Of a stretch of DNA of 40,304 nucleotides, positions 24,480 to 33,581 are shown piece by piece. The stretch is taken from the NCBI GenBank assembly GCA_943356375.1, contig CALRET010000002.1:1-40304 (forward strand), in the 5' to 3' direction. Below the pieces are notes generated by a model that was not told the DNA's origin, made no database searches, and saw only the letters and a program-made list of their open reading frames with translations. Made by a program: the position numbers and the translations under genes. Source of the stretch: Candidatus Nomurabacteria bacterium (lineage in GTDB: Bacteria > Patescibacteriota > Minisyncoccia > Phycocordibacterales > UBA9973). Each line of letters starts with the position of its first letter. Within the stretch, counting starts at the first letter, position 1.

Positions 24480-24499
24480 TTTGTCAATATATTGACAAA
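24480..24499. promoter_or_regulatory. perfect 20-bp palindrome TTTGTCAATATATTGACAAA (candidate operator overlapping -35 boxes)
   Basis: Read directly from the sequence. It is self-complementary over all 20 nt and lies between the arginase-family stop and the PLP-enzyme start. Confidence 0.5.
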
Positions 24500-24519
24500 A
24501 TAGAATAGAATGTCAAAAA

Positions 24520-25428
24520 TTATACCCTGTTTTCAAGTACACCAAGGATAACCTTCTGTGCCATATCAATAGTCTTTTCCGGATTATCCTTTTTCGGATT
24601 CACCTCAACAACATCCATAGAGAAGAGTTTTTGTGATCCTAAAACTGCATTCATACACAGAGCTACCATCTCCTCATCAAAACCATCTGGATTCGGCGTA
24701 CCGGTTGCACTCACAATATCTTTTTTAAATACATCAATATCAAATGTCAGATGTATCACATCAACAGAATCACAAAATGATTTTATTTTTTCGGAAACTG
24801 CCTGTTTATCAGAAAGTATATTTTCTGAAGTAATTGTCTGAATGTCGTGCTCTTGTATAAATCGCTCTTCTTCAGTCTCAGTAATCATATTCCCAATATA
24901 CAAACACCTATCAGTAGGTAGCTGTACATCAATAATATTTTTAATATGCGACTCATCAAATGAATCTAAGAATGGACGAAGCCACATGCCGTGGAAATTT
25001 CCCGACGGACTCGTCCCCAATAGATGAATATCTCCATGAGAATCAAAATCCACTAATCCGACTTTCTTGTCTTTAAAAAATCTGAGTACGGCAAGCACTG
25101 AAGCGCACGCCGTACCATGATCACCTCCCACCATAATAAGTTTTTCATATGTTCCGGAATCAAGCGCTTTTGTTATCTTTTGCGCAAGAGTGTTTGTCTC
25201 CTCTGCAACGACAGCATAATACTTTTCACTATCGACGGTGTCCGGATTTGAAAAAACATATTCAATGAGATCAAAATCTGTCTTCCGTTGTATAGTATTT
25301 AAAAAATGTGGATCGAGTACAGCATCAGAGCCTTCTTCAACACCAATATTGGGCACATGTTCACCGCCAAATGGCATAAATTTCATCCCAATCCGAGAGT
25401 GTGCTTTCACCAAAAGAGTTTTTTTCAT
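24520..25428 (-). CDS. arginase-family ureohydrolase (agmatinase/formiminoglutamase-like)
   Basis: 302 aa with Mn-binding motifs VGGDHG, DFDSHGDIH and LTFDIDVF. Confidence 0.75.
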   Translation of the reverse strand: MKKTLLVKAHSRIGMKFMPFGGEHVPNIGVEEGSDAVLDPHFLNTIQRKTDFDLIEYVFSNPDTVDSEKYYAVVAEETNTLAQKITKALDSGTYEKLIMVGGDHGTACASVLAVLRFFKDKKVGLVDFDSHGDIHLLGTSPSGNFHGMWLRPFLDSFDESHIKNIIDVQLPTDRCLYIGNMITETEEERFIQEHDIQTITSENILSDKQAVSEKIKSFCDSVDVIHLTFDIDVFKKDIVSATGTPNPDGFDEEMVALCMNAVLGSQKLFSMDVVEVNPKKDNPEKTIDMAQKVILGVLENRV

Positions 25429-25548
25429 AAAATAATTCTACATGTCAGTTATTATGTTAATTTTTCTATTAAATAATTGGTTTTCTCCCAATTATTATAA
25501 TTATACCACATATTTTTCAAAAATATAGATCCTTGGCACTACCGCACA

Positions 25549-25577
25549 TTAAAAAAGGAGAGTCAAAGACTCTCCTT
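25549..25577 (-). terminator. rho-independent terminator of argS
   Basis: AAGGAGAGTC-ttt-GACTCTCCTT followed by TTTTAA in minus sense. Confidence 0.8.
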
Positions 25578-25594
25578 GGAAAACATCCACAAAA

Positions 25595-27346
25595 TTACAT
25601 TTTGCTCGGCACTTCGATCCCGAGTAACTTGAGTCCGAGCGTCAACACATTAGCTGTTGCCTGAGAAACAAATAAGCCTGCTTGATTGCGTTCCTGAATA
25701 ATCTTCGTGTTCGCGTAGTATGAATTATATGTACGCGCGAGATCAATAAGGTATGACGCAAGATGATGCGGAGCATACTCATTTGCCGCCTTCATAATCA
25801 CCACAGGAAAACCTTCAATAATTCGCGCGATATCTTGCTCGGATTTACCAAGTACAATCTCATACGGAACCATTTCTTGTGTTCGTGCTTTTTCAAGTAA
25901 AGAATTTATACGAACAGCTGTGTATTGCACATAGGGTCCTGTATCACCTTCCATATTAAGAATATTTTCCCATGAAAAGAGGACGTCTCCCTCGCAATCA
26001 CGATACAGATCATAAAACTTTATGGCACCAATACCGATTTTTTCGATATCACTATCACCCAAGTTGCCACCAGACAATGCACGAGCTCCCTTGACTGCTT
26101 CATCTAACACATCTGCAAGCCATATAACATTTCCTTTTCGGGTACTCATCTTCCCATCAGGAAATTTATACAGACCATGCTTCACATGAATGCGCTGCCC
26201 TTTTTCAAAATACCCAAGCAGTTCTTCTACCTTAAATATTTGCTTAAAGTATGACGCTTGTTCCTTACCAACTTCATTAATGATTACAATGTTTTTACCG
26301 TAAAATTCCTTACGGTATCGATCTGTTGCAAGATCACGAGTTGCATAGAGAGTTCCACCATCTTTCTTCAGCACCATCAACGGATCAAGTTTTGTTTTAT
26401 CCTCAAAAAATACCATGAGGGCGCCTTTGCTTTCGCGAACAAGATTCTTGTCTTTGAGCTCTTGCAGAACAACATCCATCTTATTTTCAAACATACTTTC
26501 TCCCCAAAAGGTATCGAAACTGACACAAAGTCGTTCATAAATCTTTGAAAATTCGCGCATGGACAAATCCACACATATTTTCCAAATTCTCCGCGCTTCA
26601 AGATCACCCTTCTCAAGTTTTACAAACCACTCGCGCGCCTCATCAAGAAGCGGTGAGGTGCCCTTTTCAGGTTCATCCTCTTCTGTCAGTTGCGGGTTAG
26701 TATCGTCAACCACACCCATTTCTGCAGTAGACTCTGCGTGAAATTTCTGATATAAGGCAACCAATTCTTTTACCGGATTTTCTGAATTTGAGATCTGTTC
26801 CTCGTCTCCCCATTTTTTAATAGCAACAATCATTTTACCGAATTGTGTCCCCCAATCACCCAAGTGATTATCCTTCACTACCTTGTATCCAAGATGCAAT
26901 AGAATCGATGCAATACTGTTACCAATAATAGTTGAACGAAGGTGTCCGATGGTAAATGGTTTTGCAATATTAGGAGATGAGAATTCAACAATATGTGTAC
27001 GTGAATCAACAATAACGTTTCCACAAAATGTATAAGGATTATTAAATGCATCAAGCGCCACATCCTGTAAAACTGAATCACTCAAAAAGAAATTAATAAA
27101 ACCGGGTTTTACAACTTCTATACGTGCAACATTCGACAAATAGTTCTCAAGAAAATTCTTTTTTAATCCCTCGGCAATACTCATTGGATTTTCTTCCAGC
27201 AAATTACCTATCAGAAGCGCTGCATTCGTGGAATAGTCCCCAAATGATAAATTCTTTGGTTTTGAGAGAGAGAACTTAGTATCAGGTGGAAGAGTGTCAA
27301 GAACGGCCAAGTTAATGGCATCCCATATGACTTCATAACTTTTCAT
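25595..27346 (-). CDS. argS: arginine--tRNA ligase
   Basis: 583 aa with an N-terminal Arg_tRNA_synt_N-like domain, SSPNIAKPFTIGHLRS (HIGH-like), MSTRKG (KMSKS-like) and a C-terminal DALR-type anticodon-binding domain. Confidence 0.9.
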   Translation of the reverse strand: MKSYEVIWDAINLAVLDTLPPDTKFSLSKPKNLSFGDYSTNAALLIGNLLEENPMSIAEGLKKNFLENYLSNVARIEVVKPGFINFFLSDSVLQDVALDAFNNPYTFCGNVIVDSRTHIVEFSSPNIAKPFTIGHLRSTIIGNSIASILLHLGYKVVKDNHLGDWGTQFGKMIVAIKKWGDEEQISNSENPVKELVALYQKFHAESTAEMGVVDDTNPQLTEEDEPEKGTSPLLDEAREWFVKLEKGDLEARRIWKICVDLSMREFSKIYERLCVSFDTFWGESMFENKMDVVLQELKDKNLVRESKGALMVFFEDKTKLDPLMVLKKDGGTLYATRDLATDRYRKEFYGKNIVIINEVGKEQASYFKQIFKVEELLGYFEKGQRIHVKHGLYKFPDGKMSTRKGNVIWLADVLDEAVKGARALSGGNLGDSDIEKIGIGAIKFYDLYRDCEGDVLFSWENILNMEGDTGPYVQYTAVRINSLLEKARTQEMVPYEIVLGKSEQDIARIIEGFPVVIMKAANEYAPHHLASYLIDLARTYNSYYANTKIIQERNQAGLFVSQATANVLTLGLKLLGIEVPSKM

Positions 27347-27383
27347 AATTAAATTTTTAAATAACCTACCGTGAGCGTACCAC

Positions 27384-27414
27384 GCAAAATAAAAACGCGC
27401 AAGGGCACGTTTTT
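27384..27414 (-). terminator. rho-independent terminator after the decarboxylase gene
   Basis: AAAACGTGC-cctt-GCGCGTTTT followed by TATTTT in minus sense. Confidence 0.65.
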
Positions 27415-27429
27415 ATTTTGATTTTCATA

Positions 27430-28806
27430 CTAATTATTAGTCCATCCGAACAGTTTTCCAACCATATCCGGAGTTTCTCGTTTTCGTGCAATAGTTATCT
27501 GTCCATCTTCAGCGAGAATCTTTGCTGGAGATGACAGCAAACAATGGTGGGATGCGAGTGCGTCTTGATATGCACCGGAATCGAGAAATGCCAAGAATTG
27601 ATGATCGTGTGCTTTTATTTTTGGTGCAAGCACGTAATTTCCCGCCGTATACTTATCATCCGAATCACATGAGCTCCCTGCAAGCCACACCGGAGTAAGT
27701 GCCGCTCCTGCATTATTAACAGGAACCACATGCCACTTCTGATGAATCGCCCATGTATCAAGCAGATCATTCATAAATGAACCATCGATCACATACCACG
27801 CTTTCGCACTCGCATGCGGAATAGGTTTCTCTGCAATTACTTTATAGAGTGTTACTTGTGCTGGTGCCGCCACATAGCGTCCCCATTCAACAATAATATT
27901 GGGTTCTTTTACTTTTTCTTTTTCGGCAAGCTTTTTAAATAATTTAATTATTTGGCGAATAACTGGCTTTGCGGTATAGAACTTTTTCTTCTCATAGGGA
28001 ATACCCAAGCCCCCGCCCATATCAATAGTATCAAGGTGAGGATGTTTACGGGAAAGCTCGGCGTATATTTTGAACGCACGTGCAGCAGTGGTTAAAATAC
28101 TCTTTCCTGAATTGATCTGTGAACCGATATGATAGTGAAGTATTTTAAAGTTTTTTGTTTTAGGCAAATCTAAAATCCTACTTTCAAGTAATCCAAACCG
28201 ATCATTCTTTTTATCCCATCTAGTGTCGGCTTTAACGTCCAAGTCGACTCGAATACCGATATCCCACTTGTATGCGGAAAGTTGTTCGAGCTCCCCTTCA
28301 TCTTCAACGATAGGAATAACGTCAAGGCCTTTTTTCCTCATTTCTGCAATAAGTCCAATATACTGCTCGGCTTTCGGTCCATTGCATAATACGCGTAATT
28401 TAGGATTTACTTTTTCACTTTCCCACAATCGCTTGATCAGCCACAATTCATTATATGAACCCACCTCAAGATTTGCTCCGGCACCCACAATCGGTAGCAC
28501 AAATTCCTTGTTTTGATTCACCTTCATTGGATAGTGATAGGAGAATTTCCCCTTGTACCCTGCGATGGTTATATATGCATTAAAGAGTTCGATCAGACTT
28601 CGCACTCTCTTTCGAATAATTGTAGGGAATACAACTTCTAACGGTGAACCGTATTTTTTAATAAGATCATGAAGGTTATACCGATGATTGTTTTCAGACA
28701 CAACAAAGTCTCCATCTTTGTCTATGTGAAAATTCTCAGTATTCCATTCAGAGACCCCCAGCTTCCAACGCTTCTTCAGGTTGGTTTTACTATTGGATTT
28801 TTTCAT
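27430..28806 (-). CDS. fold-type III PLP decarboxylase, SpeA-like arginine decarboxylase (short form)
   Basis: 458 aa. FPTIIRKRVRSL...YHYPMKVNQ resembles the SpeA FPQIL..R.RS...YPIKVNQ PLP-Lys region. It also has DMGGGLGIPY and a GSSCDSDD active-site Cys. Substrate specificity is not provable by eye. Confidence 0.65.
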   Translation of the reverse strand: MKKSNSKTNLKKRWKLGVSEWNTENFHIDKDGDFVVSENNHRYNLHDLIKKYGSPLEVVFPTIIRKRVRSLIELFNAYITIAGYKGKFSYHYPMKVNQNKEFVLPIVGAGANLEVGSYNELWLIKRLWESEKVNPKLRVLCNGPKAEQYIGLIAEMRKKGLDVIPIVEDEGELEQLSAYKWDIGIRVDLDVKADTRWDKKNDRFGLLESRILDLPKTKNFKILHYHIGSQINSGKSILTTAARAFKIYAELSRKHPHLDTIDMGGGLGIPYEKKKFYTAKPVIRQIIKLFKKLAEKEKVKEPNIIVEWGRYVAAPAQVTLYKVIAEKPIPHASAKAWYVIDGSFMNDLLDTWAIHQKWHVVPVNNAGAALTPVWLAGSSCDSDDKYTAGNYVLAPKIKAHDHQFLAFLDSGAYQDALASHHCLLSSPAKILAEDGQITIARKRETPDMVGKLFGWTNN

Positions 28807-28869
28807 GCTGTTAGTATAACAACTAAGATCTTGATTGCAATACCTATCACGGCTTGTCTAGAACTCCCT

Positions 28870-29967
28870 TTATATCCCCTCCTCTTTGAGTTTTTCTATT
28901 TCTTCTCGCGCTTTCTTTGAAAGTTTTGTTGGCAATTTAATATGGATGGTGACCAATATATCTCCACGTTTTGCACCATGAGGCACACCCTTTCCTTTAA
29001 TGCGCAATATTTCCCCATGATTAATCCCTTCAGGAATTTTCATTTCTATTTTCCCATCCAATGTTTCAATCGGGTATGTTGATCCTAAAAGTGCATCAGT
29101 CAACTTAATATCAAGCGTCATAGTAAGATCAGTTCCGTGTCGTTTAAATATATGATGAGGTTTAACTAAAATCCTGATATACAGATCGCCCGCAGTTCCT
29201 TTTGCAACAGCTTCACCCATTCCAGTCATGCGGATCATCTCGCCATCCTTAATTCCTGCAGGCACATGAACCTCGACTTCTTCTTCTTTACGTTTTACAC
29301 CTACACCCTTACAACTGTGACATTTTTCTTTTGGAATTTTTCCACTACCAGTACACTCATCACAAGTAACTACTTGAGAGAAAGCACCTAAAAATGAACG
29401 TCTTGTTTCGTGTACTTGCCCTTGACCATTACATTTTGAGCAAGTCTCTGAACCAGACCCTGGCTGTGCGCCGTTACCTTTGCATGTATCACAATGAGAT
29501 TGCTTGGTAAAAAGTATTTTTCGACTAACTCCGAATACAGCATCAGAAAAAGAAATATGGAGCTCTGTTGAAATATCACGACCGCGACGCGCCTGAGTTC
29601 TCTGACCGCTCCCACGCATACCACCACCAAAAAAATCTCCAAATATATCTCCAAGGTCGCCCATATCAAATTCCACGCCGCCCCCGTTCTGAAATCCTGA
29701 AAAATCAAATCCGCCAAAACCACCTTGGCCACCCTGAAATCCCCCTTGATTAAATCCAGGTCCCGCAGATCCGAATTGATCATACTGAGCGCGTTTCTTC
29801 TCATCTGAGAGTGTCTGATATGCTTCGTTTACCTCCTTGAATTTCTTATCATCTCCTTTGTTCTTATCTGGATGATACTTGTGTGCGAGCTTGTGAAATG
29901 CTCTTTTAAGTTCATCTTTTGAAGCGCCCTTTGGCACCCCTAATATTTCATAATAATCTTTTGACAT
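28870..29967 (-). CDS. dnaJ: chaperone DnaJ
   Basis: J domain with HPDKN, a Gly/Phe-rich linker, four CxxCxGxG zinc motifs ([32 protein letters not shown]) and the C-terminal domains. Confidence 0.92.
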   Translation of the reverse strand: MSKDYYEILGVPKGASKDELKRAFHKLAHKYHPDKNKGDDKKFKEVNEAYQTLSDEKKRAQYDQFGSAGPGFNQGGFQGGQGGFGGFDFSGFQNGGGVEFDMGDLGDIFGDFFGGGMRGSGQRTQARRGRDISTELHISFSDAVFGVSRKILFTKQSHCDTCKGNGAQPGSGSETCSKCNGQGQVHETRRSFLGAFSQVVTCDECTGSGKIPKEKCHSCKGVGVKRKEEEVEVHVPAGIKDGEMIRMTGMGEAVAKGTAGDLYIRILVKPHHIFKRHGTDLTMTLDIKLTDALLGSTYPIETLDGKIEMKIPEGINHGEILRIKGKGVPHGAKRGDILVTIHIKLPTKLSKKAREEIEKLKEEGI

Positions 29968-30008
29968 ACAGCCAATATAGCATACGAGTCAAATTTTGAA
30001 AATAAATT

Positions 30009-31727
30009 TTATACGAATAATCTCGCGAGACGGATTTCATCAAAGCTCGCAGTAACTTTCATTTTTTTATGTAAATAATCCTTCAGTGGTGTCAATTTGG
30101 TCTCTCCTGTGGCGATCAATGCCTTCTTGATTGCTGTCAATAATTTTTTATCAATTTTTATTTTCCGAGTATTAAATTCAATTCCCTCTTTCTGAAGAGT
30201 TTCTAAATGAGAGACAATAGTTCCAAAAGTAAACCCACGCTCCTTGGCAATTTCTTCAATTGTTCCACCTCTATCTAACAGTTCCTTCGTTGCCATATAA
30301 CTCTTCTGTTTCGGTTCGGCATTTTTTACTCCCTTTCTTTTTGCTTCTCTTTTTTTATTGGCTTCAATTTTCTCAAAGATCAATGTTCCGCCAGATTTGA
30401 GAACAAATTCTTTTTGTATTTCTTCAAGCTTTTTCTGTGGCACTTTTGAAAATTCTTCTTCTGCAACAGTGGATCGTTCTTGGAGATCTTTGTCAAAAGC
30501 GAGCACTTCAGGATCAACCCGTAGTGCATCTGTATGCATACCAACTAAACACACCCCAGCAAGTGTTCGCACACGGGAAAGTGCGACATATCCCATACCA
30601 TAAGCAAATGATTTAGAGAGATCAATCTCAGCAGCATCAAGCGACATTCCCTGACTCTTGTGTATGGTAATTGCCCATGCATACCGGAGTGGTATCTGAG
30701 TGACTGACGCTTTCACTTTGCCGTCTTCTTCTATCGCCCAATCAACTGGAGATGCATGGATAATTTCTCCACGAGCAGTCTTAACAACAGGTGTGTTATC
30801 TGCAAGAAACGCAGTAACAACACCGAGCGTACCGTTCGCATATCCAAGTTCAAAATTATTCTTTACAAACATAACCTTAGTTCCGATTTTTAAAACAAGT
30901 TCTTCATGTGCAAGCACACTTTTTTTCAAAATATCCACAATACGATCATTACCTGTCACGCTCATAAAAAATTTCTTTGCAACACCTTCAATTTTTTCAA
31001 GCTCTCGTCTATTGATCATATCAACATCAGCATTATGGGTATACAGTTTCGTCGGCTCAACTGTTAATTCAACTTTTTTTTGATACCGGGTCCGAAGTGG
31101 AGCAAGAACTGATTCATTTATAATACCCGAGCGAATACCATTGAGCACTTCTAAAAACTGTTGATCGTCCTGACGATGTTGTTCAGTTAAATAACAAATA
31201 ACAAAATTCCCTTCTTTCCAAGCAGGTGAGTTATATACCGTATTTGATTCTTCTGTGTCTTGATTTTCATCTGAATCATTCCTATTCCTCGTAACTGGAG
31301 GAAGCTGAAAGAAATCTCCCGACAATACAATCTGTAATCCACCAAATGGTAATTCGTTTCGTTTGAAATTTCGACAGACACGGTCGATCATATCGAGACG
31401 ATGTCCATGAAGCATGGAAACTTCATCAATCAGAAGTATTTTTGCTTTTTCAAACCGTTTCCATAAATAAGATTTTTGCTCCAAATCATCAATATCTCGT
31501 GGATCAAGTGTTTCTCTGATACCGAGTCCGGTCCATGAATGAATAGTCATACCATTCATATGCGTTGCTGCAATACCGGTTGATGCAGTCACTGCCACCG
31601 CAACATCGCGCGTCTTCAAATATTCAATATATTGATTGAGTACATGTGTCTTGCCACTCCCCGCAGATCCGGTGAGAAATACATTGACGCCAGTTTTTAA
31701 AATGTCGAGTGCTTGAGATTGAGTCAT
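30009..31727 (-). CDS. PIF1/RecD-like SF1 DNA helicase with a C-terminal helix-turn-helix domain
   Basis: Walker A GSAGSGKTH and Walker B LLIDEVSM, then SGDFFQLPPV and ITIHKSQG. The start is set at MTQSQALD... because the upstream 29 codons of the track ORF run through the purA terminator hairpin. Confidence 0.8.
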   Translation of the reverse strand: MTQSQALDILKTGVNVFLTGSAGSGKTHVLNQYIEYLKTRDVAVAVTASTGIAATHMNGMTIHSWTGLGIRETLDPRDIDDLEQKSYLWKRFEKAKILLIDEVSMLHGHRLDMIDRVCRNFKRNELPFGGLQIVLSGDFFQLPPVTRNRNDSDENQDTEESNTVYNSPAWKEGNFVICYLTEQHRQDDQQFLEVLNGIRSGIINESVLAPLRTRYQKKVELTVEPTKLYTHNADVDMINRRELEKIEGVAKKFFMSVTGNDRIVDILKKSVLAHEELVLKIGTKVMFVKNNFELGYANGTLGVVTAFLADNTPVVKTARGEIIHASPVDWAIEEDGKVKASVTQIPLRYAWAITIHKSQGMSLDAAEIDLSKSFAYGMGYVALSRVRTLAGVCLVGMHTDALRVDPEVLAFDKDLQERSTVAEEEFSKVPQKKLEEIQKEFVLKSGGTLIFEKIEANKKREAKRKGVKNAEPKQKSYMATKELLDRGGTIEEIAKERGFTFGTIVSHLETLQKEGIEFNTRKIKIDKKLLTAIKKALIATGETKLTPLKDYLHKKMKVTASFDEIRLARLFV

Positions 31728-31794
31728 TGGGACAGTTGGTAGGTTAAAGCTTATAGCTTGTAGAGTAATACAAATACAAGATATGAAGATTATA

Positions 31795-31827
31795 TCATAC
31801 AAAAAACCCTGCATAATGCAGGGTTTT
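31795..31827 (-). terminator. rho-independent terminator of purA
   Basis: AAAACCCTGCA-tta-TGCAGGGTTTT followed by TTGTATG in minus sense. Confidence 0.8.
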
Positions 31828-31829
31828 GA

Positions 31830-33140
31830 TTAAATTAAAACCGGAACACGTTCGATATATTCTGTTCGATCTTTACCAATCGATACTCCTTTAATTTTAA
31901 CATTAAGAAGTTCTTCTATTCTATTTATATAGATTTTAAACTCTTTTGGAAGTTCAGAAAATTCAGTGACATTTTTCATATCACCCCAAGACGCCATATC
32001 CTCATACAGAGGAATGATTGCTCCTTCTTCATAATCCTGAGAACTCAAGTAAATCTTCTCGGGGTCTTCTTTATATCCAATGCAAAGCTTCACCGGTAGA
32101 CCAGACAAGACGTCTGATTTCATTAAAATCAAATCTGTTACCCCGTTTATTGCAATTGCATATTTAAGTGCAGGAATATCAATCCATCCTGGATCTCTTT
32201 TGCGTCCAGTTGTCGAACCAAATTCAGATCCCTCTTGAACAATCTTATTTGCGAGTTCTATATCTAGAATCTTGGTGAGAAATGGTCCACGACCTACACG
32301 AGTTGTGTATGCTTTGAATACACCAATCACTTTCCCAATTGCTTGCGGAGGAAGTCCGAGCGCTGCACAGACACCTCCAGTTGTAGTATTACATGAAGTA
32401 ACAAATGGATATGATCCCATATCACAATCAAGCAATGTCCCCTGTGCCCCTTCAACAAGAACTTTGTGTCCTGACTGAAGGGCACTATGCAATACGTGAG
32501 TACAATCTACTTTTGGTATAGATGATAAAAATTCTAATGCATCCATCCATTCTTGCATTTGTCGTTCAAGTGTTTGTATGTCATAACCAAAACCATATAA
32601 ATCTACAAGCTTGAGATGTTCTTCTGCTAGAATTTGAACTTTTTTATTAAAAGATTGCTTATCAGTATACCAACCAATACGAAGACCTGCTCGTGAAGTT
32701 TTATCTGCATATGCAGGACCGATCCCACGACCAGTGGTGCCAATAGCATTCTTACCTCTTCTTTGTTCGAGGGCAAGATCTAATAATTTATGTGTCGGTA
32801 AGATAAGTTGAACTTTATTCGATATATACAGATTTTTTACATCAGATAATCTTTTATCGCGTAATTCTTCAATTTCTTTACGAAGATCTATTGGATTGAT
32901 CAATACATTACCAGCAATGAGATTTTTTGTATGCTCATTAAGAATACTTGAGGGAATTGTATGAAGCACAACGACTTCTGTCCTCCCGTTGATGTTTCTG
33001 ATAACAGTGTGCCCCGCATTTGGGCCACCTTGAAATCGTACGATCCAATGATATAGTGATCCGTAAATATCGATCAACTTTCCTTTGCCTTCATCACCCC
33101 AAGTTAAACCTAGGAGTACATCGGCTTTCGACTTAAACAT
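31830..33140 (-). CDS. purA: adenylosuccinate synthetase
   Basis: WGDEGKGK P-loop, GTTGRGIGPAYADK, GSTTGRKRDPGW. 436 aa. Confidence 0.92.
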   Translation of the reverse strand: MFKSKADVLLGLTWGDEGKGKLIDIYGSLYHWIVRFQGGPNAGHTVIRNINGRTEVVVLHTIPSSILNEHTKNLIAGNVLINPIDLRKEIEELRDKRLSDVKNLYISNKVQLILPTHKLLDLALEQRRGKNAIGTTGRGIGPAYADKTSRAGLRIGWYTDKQSFNKKVQILAEEHLKLVDLYGFGYDIQTLERQMQEWMDALEFLSSIPKVDCTHVLHSALQSGHKVLVEGAQGTLLDCDMGSYPFVTSCNTTTGGVCAALGLPPQAIGKVIGVFKAYTTRVGRGPFLTKILDIELANKIVQEGSEFGSTTGRKRDPGWIDIPALKYAIAINGVTDLILMKSDVLSGLPVKLCIGYKEDPEKIYLSSQDYEEGAIIPLYEDMASWGDMKNVTEFSELPKEFKIYINRIEELLNVKIKGVSIGKDRTEYIERVPVLI

Positions 33141-33193
33141 GTTGTATGGTACATATTGTCTGCCGTCACTTTACAAAATATATCATTGAATGT

Positions 33194-33228
33194 AAAGGAC
33201 TGGGATGCCTACGGCATCCCAGTCCTTT
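33194..33228. terminator. 16-bp perfect hairpin downstream of the 110-aa membrane protein gene
   Basis: AAAGGACTGGGATGCC-tac-GGCATCCCAGTCCTTT. The T-tail is weak in minus sense. Confidence 0.55.
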
Positions 33229-33243
33229 ATTTATCATTCTCTC

Positions 33244-33576
33244 TTATTCTTTTGAAACATTCTCAACGTGAATTGTCCTATTAACTTCTTTTTTAGTTAT
33301 CTGTTTTGTAAATTTTATAACTTTCCATGAAATAAAAGATACCGTGCCGGCACCAATAAGAAACACATAAAAGAAGAATTTTCCAATCATAAAAGGCCCG
33401 CCTAATACACTAGTAAATCCGAGAATAAAAAACAGTGCGAGTAAGAGTACGCCAATCAATATTGGCACAACAAGTATACCCAGTAAAAAATCTTGAATCT
33501 CCCCACTAGCAAATTGCCCTGGGTTCTCTTTCGCATCTTTAATCATTTTTCTTATGGTAAATATTTTGAATAACAT
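33244..33576 (-). CDS. hypothetical membrane protein (2-3 TM)
   Basis: 110 aa with hydrophobic helices LLGILVVPILIGVLLLALFFILGF and FFFYVFLIGAGTVSFISW. It is tightly packed after ftsI. Confidence 0.5.
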   Translation of the reverse strand: MLFKIFTIRKMIKDAKENPGQFASGEIQDFLLGILVVPILIGVLLLALFFILGFTSVLGGPFMIGKFFFYVFLIGAGTVSFISWKVIKFTKQITKKEVNRTIHVENVSKE

Positions 33577-33581
33577 AGTGG

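Noticed and set aside
27371-27385. GCGUGGUACGC upstream of argS, resembling the GGUGGUACCGCG T-box core.
   Set aside because: Only the 7-nt GUGGUAC matches. The whole gap between the decarboxylase stop and the argS ATG is 83 nt and is mostly taken up by a terminator. There is no room for Stem I or an antiterminator.
31728-31814. 29-codon N-terminal extension of the helicase ORF as given in the track.
   Set aside because: The extension is translated through the purA terminator hairpin (31803-31827) and a TATAAT-containing promoter region, and it is hydrophobic nonsense. The Met just before the Walker A region is the sensible start.
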